Positions 24,724-32,542 of a stretch of DNA of 32,542 bases are shown here, in pieces (within the stretch, counting starts at the first letter, position 1; each line of letters begins with the position of its first letter). Origin of the DNA: Candidatus Omnitrophota bacterium (GTDB lineage Bacteria > Omnitrophota > Gorgyraeia > Duberdicusellales > 4484-171); contig JBAZGZ010000001.1 of the NCBI GenBank assembly GCA_041652615.1, forward strand, positions 1-32,542, in the 5' to 3' direction. The notes under the pieces are model-generated. The model worked only from the letters and a program-made list of their open reading frames with translations, was not told where the DNA came from and ran no database searches. The position numbers and the translations under genes were made by a program.

Positions 24724-24892
24724 AATGAAGCAGCAACTTTTCAAGTCGAAGACGTAGAAAAGTTGCGTAGCTGAATTTAACCCCCACACCAATTGCAAAA
24801 CCAAATGCGTTGGCCCAACAATTGGTGTGGGGGTTAATTCGCACTATCATTTTTCCTGACGCCTAGAGGCTTGGAAAAATGATGTGCTCATT
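24724..24892. repeat. Composite structured repeat, locus F: left module (-), central hairpin, right module (+)
   Basis: Same architecture as locus A. Left module 24724-24780. Central perfect 15-bp stem is CCCCCACACCAATTG (24781-24795) with CAATTGGTGTGGGGG (24819-24833). Right module 24834-24892 ends 3 nt before the AAGGAGG. Confidence 0.85.
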
Positions 24893-24907
24893 AAAAAGGA
24901 GGCAAGT

Positions 24908-25411
24908 ATGGACATTATCCGTTTAAGGAATTTAGTTGCAGAATATAAAGATATTCAGAAAAAATTGGGCGATGTCAGGGCCAAATACGAAAAAATAAAA
25001 ATTACCTATGAAATAAGGGTAGATCTTGAAAGGGAATTAGCCGATGAGATTGCGATGGCAAAATATGCCAAGAATGAAGCGCTTATGAAATACTGGCAGG
25101 AAATAACAACCGAATATTTTAGTAACGATAAAGAGCTGGCAAATAAAGTTGACCTTGAAAAGGTGGAAAAAGAGATTATCTTAAAAAACGAAAAACTCAT
25201 TTCTTATTATGAAAAAAAATTAAAAACAATAAAAAAACAGCTTGGCGCAAGGGTTTCCCAGCTTATTGATAATTACGAGGAAAGAAACGTTTTAATGGGT
25301 GAGGAGTCATCGACTAAAAAATCTTCCACGATTATTTCCGAAGAAGATGAAACTGAGTTGGATAGACGGGAAAAAGAACGTAAGAATAGTGCTACTTTTG
25401 ATAAAATGTGA
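24908..25411 (+). CDS. Hypothetical coiled-coil protein, K/E-rich
   Basis: ATG at 24908 lies 5 nt after AAGGAGG (24896-24902). I recognise no motif. The listed GTG at 24884 is inside the repeat module. Confidence 0.6.
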   Translation: MDIIRLRNLVAEYKDIQKKLGDVRAKYEKIKITYEIRVDLERELADEIAMAKYAKNEALMKYWQEITTEYFSNDKELANKVDLEKVEKEIILKNEKLISYYEKKLKTIKKQLGARVSQLIDNYEERNVLMGEESSTKKSSTIISEEDETELDRREKERKNSATFDKM

Positions 25412-25477
25412 TTTTATCGTCTATATAAAATTTTTTTGTAGACCTGCCGCTATATCTCTTATTAATTCAAAATCAAT

Positions 25478-26398
25478 ATGTTTTCAATCTCAACTACCTG
25501 GAATTATACTGGAAAGTGTGACTTAAGGCGTATGCTGACAGAGATTAAAGCGTGCGGTTTGAGCTCTATTGAAATTGGATATAATTTTACAACAGCGCGG
25601 CTTAACGAATTGATTCCGCTGCTTGAGGAATTTAATATACGTGTTACCAGTGTACATAATTTCTGCCCGTTGCCAGAAGAAAATGCTTTTGGCAGGTTCT
25701 TTACCAATTACTATTTTCTTTCCGCTTTAGATGATGATGAACGCGGTAAAGCTGTTTTTTATACCAGACAAACAATTGATACGGCAAAAATGGTGGGGGC
25801 TAGAACTGTAGTGATTCATGCCGGAGCTGTTGAATTTGATGGTGATTATACAAAAGAGCTCATGGTGTTGTTTAATAGCGGTGCGATAGAATCAGAAAAA
25901 GCAGCTAATATTAGAGAAATTTTGCATCGAGAGCGTACGTTTAAAAAAGTCCCCTATATTGAGGCAACCATGAAAAGCTTAGATGAGATAACCGAATATG
26001 CAGCTGCCATGGATATGGAAATTGGGCTTGAAAACCGCTACTACGCCAATGAAATACCCAATAATGATGAGGCGCTTACTTTTCTGAAGGAATTTTCGGA
26101 TAGAGGGCTTGGGTATTGGCATGATGTGGGGCATTCATGCGCCCAGGAACATCTTATGATGATAGAGAAAGATAGTCTTCTTAATAAATTGGGCGGCTAC
26201 CTTATCGGCCTTCATCTGCATGATATTCGTGGCCTTAAAGATCACTTGTCGCCCTTGGCCGGAGAATTTGATTTTTCACGTATATCATCCTATCTTGAGG
26301 ACAAAAAAATGCTTAAAATAATCGAAGCGCATCAGCCGTCTAAACCAGCAGAAATACAAGCTGCGATTAAGTATTTTAATGCTAAGAATTGGCTTTAA
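25478..26398 (+). CDS. Sugar phosphate isomerase/epimerase (xylose-isomerase-like TIM barrel)
   Basis: Pattern typical of the AP-endonuclease-2/TIM-barrel family: VVIHAG, GLENRYY, WHDVGH, GLHLHD. Confidence 0.7.
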   Translation: MFSISTTWNYTGKCDLRRMLTEIKACGLSSIEIGYNFTTARLNELIPLLEEFNIRVTSVHNFCPLPEENAFGRFFTNYYFLSALDDDERGKAVFYTRQTIDTAKMVGARTVVIHAGAVEFDGDYTKELMVLFNSGAIESEKAANIREILHRERTFKKVPYIEATMKSLDEITEYAAAMDMEIGLENRYYANEIPNNDEALTFLKEFSDRGLGYWHDVGHSCAQEHLMMIEKDSLLNKLGGYLIGLHLHDIRGLKDHLSPLAGEFDFSRISSYLEDKKMLKIIEAHQPSKPAEIQAAIKYFNAKNWL

Positions 26399-26497
26399 AA
26401 AAGTAGATTTTTTCTGTTTGCGTGATATAATTGACCCTTCTGAAAGTATTTTTACATCGGTTGTTGACCTTGAGATGGACTAGGAGGGTAAACTGTT

Positions 26498-27481
26498 ATG
26501 CATCTAAATAAGAATAGATTGCGCAGCATAATTTCACGTTTTAAAAACAAAAACATTCTGGTTGTCGGAGATCTGGTTCTTGACCATTATATTTTCGGAA
26601 AAGTAAATAGAATTTCCCCTGAAGCGCCGGTGCCGATTGTCTGGGCAAACCGGGAAAATTTTGTTTGCGGCGGAGCGGCAAACGTTGGGCTTAATCTTGT
26701 CGCGCTTGGCGCGAAAGTGAGCCTTTGCGGAGTCCTTGGTAAGGATCACTTTGGAAAGCTTTTGTTCTCTCTTATCGAAAAAGATGCGATATCAAGCAGT
26801 CTTATTGTACGGGATAAAAACAGGCCAACAACATTAAAAACACGTATTATTGCCCAACATCAACAGATTGTGCGCTTGGACTGGGAGTCGGTTGAATTTC
26901 TTTCGCAAAAAACTAGTCGCATGGTTGTAGATAAAATTTCAAAAAATATCGATAAATTTGATGCTGTTATTATCGAAGATTACGGTAAGGGTGTGATAAA
27001 TCCCAATCTTGTAGGTGATGTTGTTGATTTGTGTACACGCAAAGGAAAAATAATAACTGTTGATCCGAAGGAAGAGCACCTCGATTATTACACGAATGTA
27101 ACTTCCCTTACTCCAAATTTAAAAGAAGCGCAGGCAGCTGCGAATATGAAAATCCACGGTAAAGATGAAATACCGCTTCTTGGCAAGGCGATAATGTCTA
27201 GGTTAAACCTTAAGTCGCTCCTTTTAACTCTTGGCGAGGACGGAATGATGCTTTTTGCCGATGGAAAATACTATCATATACCCACGATGGCATTGGAAGT
27301 ATTTGATGTTACTGGCGCGGGAGACACTGTTATATCAGCATTCACTCTTGCTCTTAGCGCAAAAGCATGTTTTTATGATGCCGCGCTGATTTCTAATTTT
27401 GCGGCAGGAATTGTTGTGGAAAAATTAGGCGCTGCGACTACTACGCAAAAAGAACTTTTACGGAGAATTAATGTCCAATAA
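26498..27481 (+). CDS. hldA: D-glycero-beta-D-manno-heptose-7-phosphate kinase (RfaE domain I only)
   Basis: Ribokinase-fold motifs ILVVGDLVLDHY, GGAANVGLNL and DVTGAGDTVISAF. There is no adenylyltransferase domain. Confidence 0.8.
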   Translation: MHLNKNRLRSIISRFKNKNILVVGDLVLDHYIFGKVNRISPEAPVPIVWANRENFVCGGAANVGLNLVALGAKVSLCGVLGKDHFGKLLFSLIEKDAISSSLIVRDKNRPTTLKTRIIAQHQQIVRLDWESVEFLSQKTSRMVVDKISKNIDKFDAVIIEDYGKGVINPNLVGDVVDLCTRKGKIITVDPKEEHLDYYTNVTSLTPNLKEAQAAANMKIHGKDEIPLLGKAIMSRLNLKSLLLTLGEDGMMLFADGKYYHIPTMALEVFDVTGAGDTVISAFTLALSAKACFYDAALISNFAAGIVVEKLGAATTTQKELLRRINVQ

Positions 27482-28220
27482 TATAGAAGTAATAGGTGTT
27501 ATACCGGCGCGCTATCAATCAACAAGATTACCTTTTAAGCTTACGAAGGAAATATTGGGTAAGCCTTTGATTCAATGGGTATGGGAAGCCGCAAACGGCG
27601 CGCGTTTGCTTGACAGATTACTTATTGCCTGTGACGATACAAAAATTAAAGAAATTGCGGAGCGTTTTGGCGCGCAGGTCGTGATGACCGCGCCACAGCA
27701 CCAATCGGGAACGGATCGGATAGGGGAAGCGGTAAGGGATATAGACGCAAAAATAGTTATAAATATTCAGGCTGACGAGCCCCTCATACATCCTTCGACG
27801 ATAGACGGGCTTGCTCAGGCATTGCTCTCTGATCCGAAAGTACAAATCGCTACGGTTAGAAAAAAAATCGAAAATAATGAAGAAATAAATAATCCTAATG
27901 TAGTAAAAGTCGTTTGCGATAAAGATGATTTTGCGATTTATTTTTCACGCCACCCCATACCGTATTATCGGGACAATGTTCCCGGCGTATATTACAAGCA
28001 TCTTGGTATTTATGCTTACACTAAAGATTTTCTTTATACTTTTAAAAACCTTCCGCATTCTTACCTTGAGCACGCGGAAAAACTTGAACAATTGAGGCCG
28101 CTTGAAGCCGGATATAGAATAAAGGTGATTGAGACGAAATTTGAATCTGTCGGAGTCGACACAGAAGAAGATTTTATAAGAGTAGAAGGTATTCTGAAAG
28201 AAAAAGCGTTTAAAAAATAA
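27471..28220 (+). CDS. kdsB: 3-deoxy-manno-octulosonate cytidylyltransferase (CMP-Kdo synthetase)
   Basis: VIPARYQSTRLPFK, HQSGTDRIGEA and IQADEPLI motifs. It overlaps the hldA stop by 11 nt. Confidence 0.9.
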   Translation: MSNNIEVIGVIPARYQSTRLPFKLTKEILGKPLIQWVWEAANGARLLDRLLIACDDTKIKEIAERFGAQVVMTAPQHQSGTDRIGEAVRDIDAKIVINIQADEPLIHPSTIDGLAQALLSDPKVQIATVRKKIENNEEINNPNVVKVVCDKDDFAIYFSRHPIPYYRDNVPGVYYKHLGIYAYTKDFLYTFKNLPHSYLEHAEKLEQLRPLEAGYRIKVIETKFESVGVDTEEDFIRVEGILKEKAFKK

Positions 28221-28233
28221 GTGAGATAATATT

Positions 28234-29748
28234 ATGAAAAAAATCGGATTTGATAATGATAAGTATTTAAAAGAACAGACCGCTGAAATTTTACAGCGCG
28301 TTAAACGATTCGACAATAAGCTATATCTTGAATTTGGCGGAAAGCTTCTTTTTGATTATCATGCCGCAAGGGTTTTGCCCGGCTATGATCCGAATGTTAA
28401 GCTTAGATTACTTCAGCAGCTTAAAGACAAGGCAGAAATAATTCTTTGTATCTACGCGGGCGACATAGAGAGAAGAAAAATAAGGGCGGATTTTGGTATT
28501 ACCTATGATGTGGACGCTCTTAAGCTTATTGATGATTTACGTGTCTGGAAGATAGATGTACTTGCAGTTGTAATTACCCGTTTCGAGGGCCAGCCTGCCG
28601 CAAAAATATTCAAAAATAAACTGGAACGTCGTAATATAAAAGTTTATACCCATCGTTTCACGAAAGGTTACCCGACAGACGTGGATACGATTGTCAGCGA
28701 TAATGGTTATGGGACCAATGATTATATAGAGACGACAAAACCTCTTGTTGTAGTAACCGGGCCAGGTCCTGGCAGTGGAAAGTTGGCAACTTGTCTATCA
28801 CAGTTATACCATGATCATAAAAAAGGTAAAAAATCAGGATATGCCAAATTTGAAACCTTTCCGATATGGAATATACCCCTTAAGCATCCTGTGAATGTTG
28901 CCTATGAAGCGGCAACTGCCGACATAAAAGATTTTAATCTTATTGACCCGTTTCATTTTGAGGCGTACAAGGAAGCAACGATTAATTATAACAGGGATGT
29001 TGAAGTGTTCCCGGTGGTCAAACGAATTTTAAGTAAAATAACCGGTGAAGAATCAATATATAAATCTCCTACTGATATGGGGGTGAATAAAGCCGGATTT
29101 GGTATTGTTGATGACTTAATTGTTAAGGCCGCGGCAACGCAGGAAATTATACGCAGGTATTTTCGATATAAATGTGAATATATTATGGGTTTTGCCGATA
29201 AAGATTCGGTTAGCAAGATGGAGCTTCTTATGGAGGAGTTTAGCCTGGTGCCTGAAAATAGATCCGTGGTTTTACCGGCAAGAAAAGCCGCAGAGGAGGC
29301 ACAACAAAAAAATAAAGGTAACGAGAGTATCTATTGCGGAGCCGCCATAGAGCTTCCCGATGGCACAATAGTTACCGGAAAAAATTCAAGCCTAATGCAT
29401 TCGGCTTCAAGTGCTGTATTAAACGCGGTAAAAAAATTAGCTGAGATACCGGACAAAATACATTTATTAACTCCTAACATACTTGAATCGATTCAAAGTT
29501 TAAAAAAGAATATTTTAAGCGAGAAAACAGTGAACCTTGACCTGGAAGAAACATTGATCGCGTTGTCGATAGGCGCCGGGGCAAATCCCGCGGCGCAGCT
29601 TGCTATGGAGAAATTAAAAGAACTTAAAAATTGCGAGATTCATCTTACGCATATTCCAACACCGGGAGATGAGGCGGGGCTACGCCGGCTGGGGTTAAAC
29701 GTTACCGCTGATCCTAATTTTTCAACAAAAGATTTATTTATCGTTTAA
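28234..29748 (+). CDS. DUF1846 / UPF0371 family protein
   Basis: Strong resemblance to my recollection of UPF0371 proteins: [70 protein letters not shown]. Size is ~500 aa. Confidence 0.8.
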   Translation: MKKIGFDNDKYLKEQTAEILQRVKRFDNKLYLEFGGKLLFDYHAARVLPGYDPNVKLRLLQQLKDKAEIILCIYAGDIERRKIRADFGITYDVDALKLIDDLRVWKIDVLAVVITRFEGQPAAKIFKNKLERRNIKVYTHRFTKGYPTDVDTIVSDNGYGTNDYIETTKPLVVVTGPGPGSGKLATCLSQLYHDHKKGKKSGYAKFETFPIWNIPLKHPVNVAYEAATADIKDFNLIDPFHFEAYKEATINYNRDVEVFPVVKRILSKITGEESIYKSPTDMGVNKAGFGIVDDLIVKAAATQEIIRRYFRYKCEYIMGFADKDSVSKMELLMEEFSLVPENRSVVLPARKAAEEAQQKNKGNESIYCGAAIELPDGTIVTGKNSSLMHSASSAVLNAVKKLAEIPDKIHLLTPNILESIQSLKKNILSEKTVNLDLEETLIALSIGAGANPAAQLAMEKLKELKNCEIHLTHIPTPGDEAGLRRLGLNVTADPNFSTKDLFIV

Positions 29749-29749
29749 T

Positions 29750-30541
29750 ATGAATAACTATAAAAACAAATTTATTTTTATTGCCGGGCCATGTGTGATT
29801 GAGGATAAAACTAAAACTTACGAAATAGCATCGCGCCTTAAAGATTTACTTTCCCCTTATCCTGTTAACTTTATATTCAAAGCTAGTTTTGATAAGGCAA
29901 ACAGGACTTCGCTCAAGTCTTTTCGCGGACCCGGATTAAACAAGGGTATAAAAATACTTGAAGAGATCAAGAAAAAGTTAAATTTACCTATTTTAAGCGA
30001 CGTGCATTGCAGGTATCAGATAAAATATGTTAAGGATGTTTTAGATGTTATTCAAATACCTGCTTTTCTCTGCAGGCAGACGGATTTAATCCTTGAGGTT
30101 GCAAAAACAAAAAAGACAGTAAATATAAAAAAGGGACAATTTCTCTCGCCTTATGATATGAAATATATTGTTAAAAAGATAGAATCATGCGGGAACAAAA
30201 ATATAATTATCAGCGAAAGAGGAAGCTGTTTCGGTTACAATAATCTTGTGGTTGATTTTCGTTCTTTTCCGATCTTAAGGAAGCTTAATTACCCCGTTGT
30301 TTTTGATGTAACGCATTCATTGCAGCGTCCTTCTGCGGCAAGCGGGATATCCGGTGGTGACGCTGAGTTTGTCGATTCATTGAGTCTTGCGGCTGTTGCA
30401 GGCGGAGTCGATGGTTTATTTATGGAGGTGCATCCGGAACCTAAAAAAGCTCTTTCTGACAAGCATACGTCTTATGATTTGCGTAAATTGGAGAATCTTA
30501 TTTCGAGGATAATGAAAGTAAGGGGGGCTATTCGTGGATAG
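29750..30541 (+). CDS. kdsA: 3-deoxy-8-phosphooctulonate (Kdo-8-P) synthase
   Basis: IAGPCVIE, FKASFDKANRTS, QIPAFLCRQTDL and FDVTHSLQ motifs. It begins 1 nt after the DUF1846 stop. Confidence 0.92.
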   Translation: MNNYKNKFIFIAGPCVIEDKTKTYEIASRLKDLLSPYPVNFIFKASFDKANRTSLKSFRGPGLNKGIKILEEIKKKLNLPILSDVHCRYQIKYVKDVLDVIQIPAFLCRQTDLILEVAKTKKTVNIKKGQFLSPYDMKYIVKKIESCGNKNIIISERGSCFGYNNLVVDFRSFPILRKLNYPVVFDVTHSLQRPSAASGISGGDAEFVDSLSLAAVAGGVDGLFMEVHPEPKKALSDKHTSYDLRKLENLISRIMKVRGAIRG

Positions 30542-31514
30542 ATTTAAACCTAAGGAAATAATTGCCTGGGCGAGTGAAGTCTTGTCTATTGAAGCCAGGG
30601 GCATTTTGAGCCTTGAAAAAAGCCTGAATGATGAGTTTTTAAATGTAGTAAAAATACTTTCAGTCTGCGAAGGAAAAATCGTAGTTACAGGTATGGGGAA
30701 GGCCGGGATAATCGGGCAAAAATTTTCCGCGACACTTTCTTCAACAGGAACTTCAAGTTTTTGGCTGCATGCCGCGGAAGCCGTGCATGGTGATTTAGGT
30801 AGAATTGAGGAAAAAGATGTGGTTGTGGTGCTTTCTTATAGCGGCGAAACCGAAGAAATAAAAAATTTAATACCTTTTATCCGCCAGATTGGCGCGAAAA
30901 TAATAGCGATTACAGGTAATCTGCGGTCCTCATTAAATCGTTATGCTGATGGATTTGCCAGCGTAAAAATAGACAAGGAAGCTTGTCCGCTTGGCCTTGC
31001 TCCGACAACTTCAACTACGGCAATGCTTGCTGTCTGCGATGCGATTTCGGTTGTGCTTCAGAAAATCAAAGGTTTCAAGGAGAAGGATTTTGCTTTTTTT
31101 CATCCCAGGGGGTCATTGGGGAGGAAACTTCTTCTTAGAGTGAAGGATATTATGCGTAAAAAAAGATTTAATCCGGTTGTAACAGAAGATATGCTAGTCA
31201 AAGATGTACTGGTAAAAATAACCTCTTCTCACGCCGGCGCGGCGTCTGTAACAAATAGAGAAAAAAAACTTGTAGGGATATTTACCGACGGTGATTTGCG
31301 TAGGAACTTAGAACGCTACCCCAATCTTTTGCGTAAAAAAGTTAAGGATGTTATGACGAAGAATCCGGTTGTAGTTAAAGACGATGATTTGGCATCCAGT
31401 GCGCTAAAAGTTCTTGAAAATAGAAAGATAGACGAGGTTCCGGTTGTTGATAAGAATTACAAACCGGCCGGAATGCTGGATGTTCAGGATTTAATTGCCG
31501 CCGGAATTTTGTAA
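30534..31514 (+). CDS. kdsD: Arabinose-5-phosphate isomerase (SIS plus tandem CBS domains)
   Basis: GTG start after a G-rich Shine-Dalgarno, overlapping kdsA by 8 nt. Motifs: VTGMGKAGIIGQKFSATLSSTGT and HGDLG, with two C-terminal CBS repeats. Confidence 0.9.
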   Translation: MDRFKPKEIIAWASEVLSIEARGILSLEKSLNDEFLNVVKILSVCEGKIVVTGMGKAGIIGQKFSATLSSTGTSSFWLHAAEAVHGDLGRIEEKDVVVVLSYSGETEEIKNLIPFIRQIGAKIIAITGNLRSSLNRYADGFASVKIDKEACPLGLAPTTSTTAMLAVCDAISVVLQKIKGFKEKDFAFFHPRGSLGRKLLLRVKDIMRKKRFNPVVTEDMLVKDVLVKITSSHAGAASVTNREKKLVGIFTDGDLRRNLERYPNLLRKKVKDVMTKNPVVVKDDDLASSALKVLENRKIDEVPVVDKNYKPAGMLDVQDLIAAGIL

Positions 31515-31522
31515 TTTTTTTT

Positions 31523-31592
31523 ACACGGATGCAAACGGATGTCGCGGATAAAGACATGCGTTTGAATCCGAAATAATCCGTGACATCCGCGT
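31523..31592. repeat. Mirrored CGGAT motif array after the kdsD stop
   Basis: CGGAT ends at 31530, 31540 and 31549. ATCCG starts at 31566, 31576 and 31585. Spacing is symmetric (10/9). The array is preceded by a T8 run immediately after the stop. Confidence 0.75.
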
Positions 31593-31601
31593 TTTAACGG
31601 G

Positions 31602-31629
31602 TTGACTTTGATGTGTAATCTGGTATAGT
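31602..31629 (+). promoter_or_regulatory. Sigma70-type promoter for lptC-lptB
   Basis: TTGACT (31602-31607), 16-nt spacer, TATAGT (31624-31629). It lies ~65 nt upstream of the lptC ATG. Confidence 0.55.
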
Positions 31630-31693
31630 GTGTGTTTTCAAGTTTCCATCAGTTCATAATCCTAAAATATTCTACAATGGTGATTGAAAAATA

Positions 31694-32347
31694 ATGAGAT
31701 TATTTATAATTATTACAGCGCTTATTTTTTCATTTTTGCCTCAAATGGGATTCACGCAAACAGACGAACAACCCGCAACAGAGGCTCCTTCTGAGCAGAA
31801 GATTAAGGATTTTTATCTTTCAAACTTAAAAGAAGATGGTTCTAAAGATTGGGAAGTTAAGGGCACAGAAGCAGTCATTAAAGATAAATTTGTTGATATC
31901 AATAATATGAATGCAAAATATTATGCTGAAAATAATCCTGTATACATTAAGTCCGATAAAGCAAAAATAAACAAAGAAAATATGAATGCGGACTTGAAAG
32001 ATAACGTTGAATTAAAAATCCCGAACAAGGATGGTACTTATATAACTATAACCTGCACCGGACCGCTTGAGATGAGATATAATGACGGCATCGCTATTTT
32101 TAATGAAAATGTTAACGCCGATACTCAGGATGGCAAACTTTTTGCTGATAAAGCTACCATCTATTTTGATGCAAAAGATAACACTAAAATGAAAATAGTA
32201 GCCGAGGGGCATGTAAAAATAGTAAAAGATGAAAATGTTGCGTTTGCCGACAAAGCAACCTATACGGGGAATACCAAAAAAGTCCTTCTTGAAGGAAGCC
32301 CCCGGTTAATTTATTTTTCCAAGAAAAATGAAACTTTTGGAAATTAA
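31694..32347 (+). CDS. lptC: LptC/LptA-family (OstA-like) periplasmic LPS transport protein
   Basis: N-terminal hydrophobic anchor and a beta-rich body. It lies immediately upstream of, and overlaps, lptB. The family call rests mainly on context. Confidence 0.6.
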   Translation: MRLFIIITALIFSFLPQMGFTQTDEQPATEAPSEQKIKDFYLSNLKEDGSKDWEVKGTEAVIKDKFVDINNMNAKYYAENNPVYIKSDKAKINKENMNADLKDNVELKIPNKDGTYITITCTGPLEMRYNDGIAIFNENVNADTQDGKLFADKATIYFDAKDNTKMKIVAEGHVKIVKDENVAFADKATYTGNTKKVLLEGSPRLIYFSKKNETFGN

Positions 32348-32542
32348 CAATCTATCAAAGTCGTATGGCACAAAAGCCGTGGTGCGCGGGGTTTCTCTTT
32401 CTGTCAAGCGCGGCGAGATCGTTGGTTTGCTTGGGCCCAATGGCGCCGGGAAAACTACAACTTTTTATATGGTTGTAGGGATAATCGCTCCGGATGATGG
32501 AAAGATCTCTTTTGATAACCAAAATATAACAAATTTGCCTAT
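32328..32542 (+). CDS. lptB: LPS export ABC transporter ATP-binding protein, 3' end cut by window edge
   Basis: Not in the ORF track. ATG at 32328 gives MKLLEINNLSKSYGTKAVVRGVSLSVKRGEIVGLLGPNGAGKTTTFYM (Walker A). It overlaps the lptC end by 20 nt. Confidence 0.85.
   Translation, partial: MKLLEINNLSKSYGTKAVVRGVSLSVKRGEIVGLLGPNGAGKTTTFYMVVGIIAPDDGKISFDNQNITNLP

Noticed and set aside
4518-24892. Possibility that the recurring modules form a CRISPR array
   Set aside because: Copies are in both orientations, separated by whole genes, irregularly spaced and internally palindromic. There are no cas genes.
1-32542. tRNA, rRNA, tmRNA, RNase P or known riboswitch genes in the intergenic regions
   Set aside because: No cloverleaf-like or otherwise recognisable conserved RNA sequence was seen by eye. 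This is not a substitute for a tRNAscan or Rfam scan.

Overview
AT-rich chromosomal segment from a diderm bacterium (it encodes BamA, Skp, lipid A, Kdo and Lpt functions), probably an uncultivated lineage. I call 31 protein genes. 27 are on the + strand: copA (5' partial), glmU, prs, rplY/ctc, pth, rpsF-ssb-rpsR, rplI-dnaB, bamA, skp, lpxD, an lpxC-fabZ fusion, lpxA, lpxI, a TPR-SpoIID protein, hemW, a coiled-coil protein of unknown function, a TIM-barrel sugar isomerase, a heptose kinase, kdsB, DUF1846, kdsA, kdsD, lptC and lptB (3' partial). The other 4 form the only minus-strand block: three radical-SAM enzymes plus a GT2 glycosyltransferase. I saw no rRNA, tRNA, CRISPR array, transposase or integrase. 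The most unusual content is non-coding. (1) A modular family of structured intergenic repeats is present as eight ~60-nt hairpin modules at six loci. The modules are combined with GC-clamped central hairpins, and their stems show compensatory base changes. Three modules end directly at the Shine-Dalgarno of the next gene. (2) A second class consists of arrays of 5-7-nt motifs (CGCGAAT, GCGGAT, CGGAT, CACAAAT) phased every ~10 nt just after operon-final stop codons, usually mirrored into palindromes. (3) Two palindromes are built from 7-nt tandem repeats. (4) A four-segment GC-rich double hairpin lies inside the radical-SAM operon. On the coding side, the orphan radical-SAM/GT2 cluster and a DUF1846 gene embedded in a Kdo operon that lacks kdsC are the main leads. 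All calls rest on reading the sequence and remembered family motifs; no searches were run.
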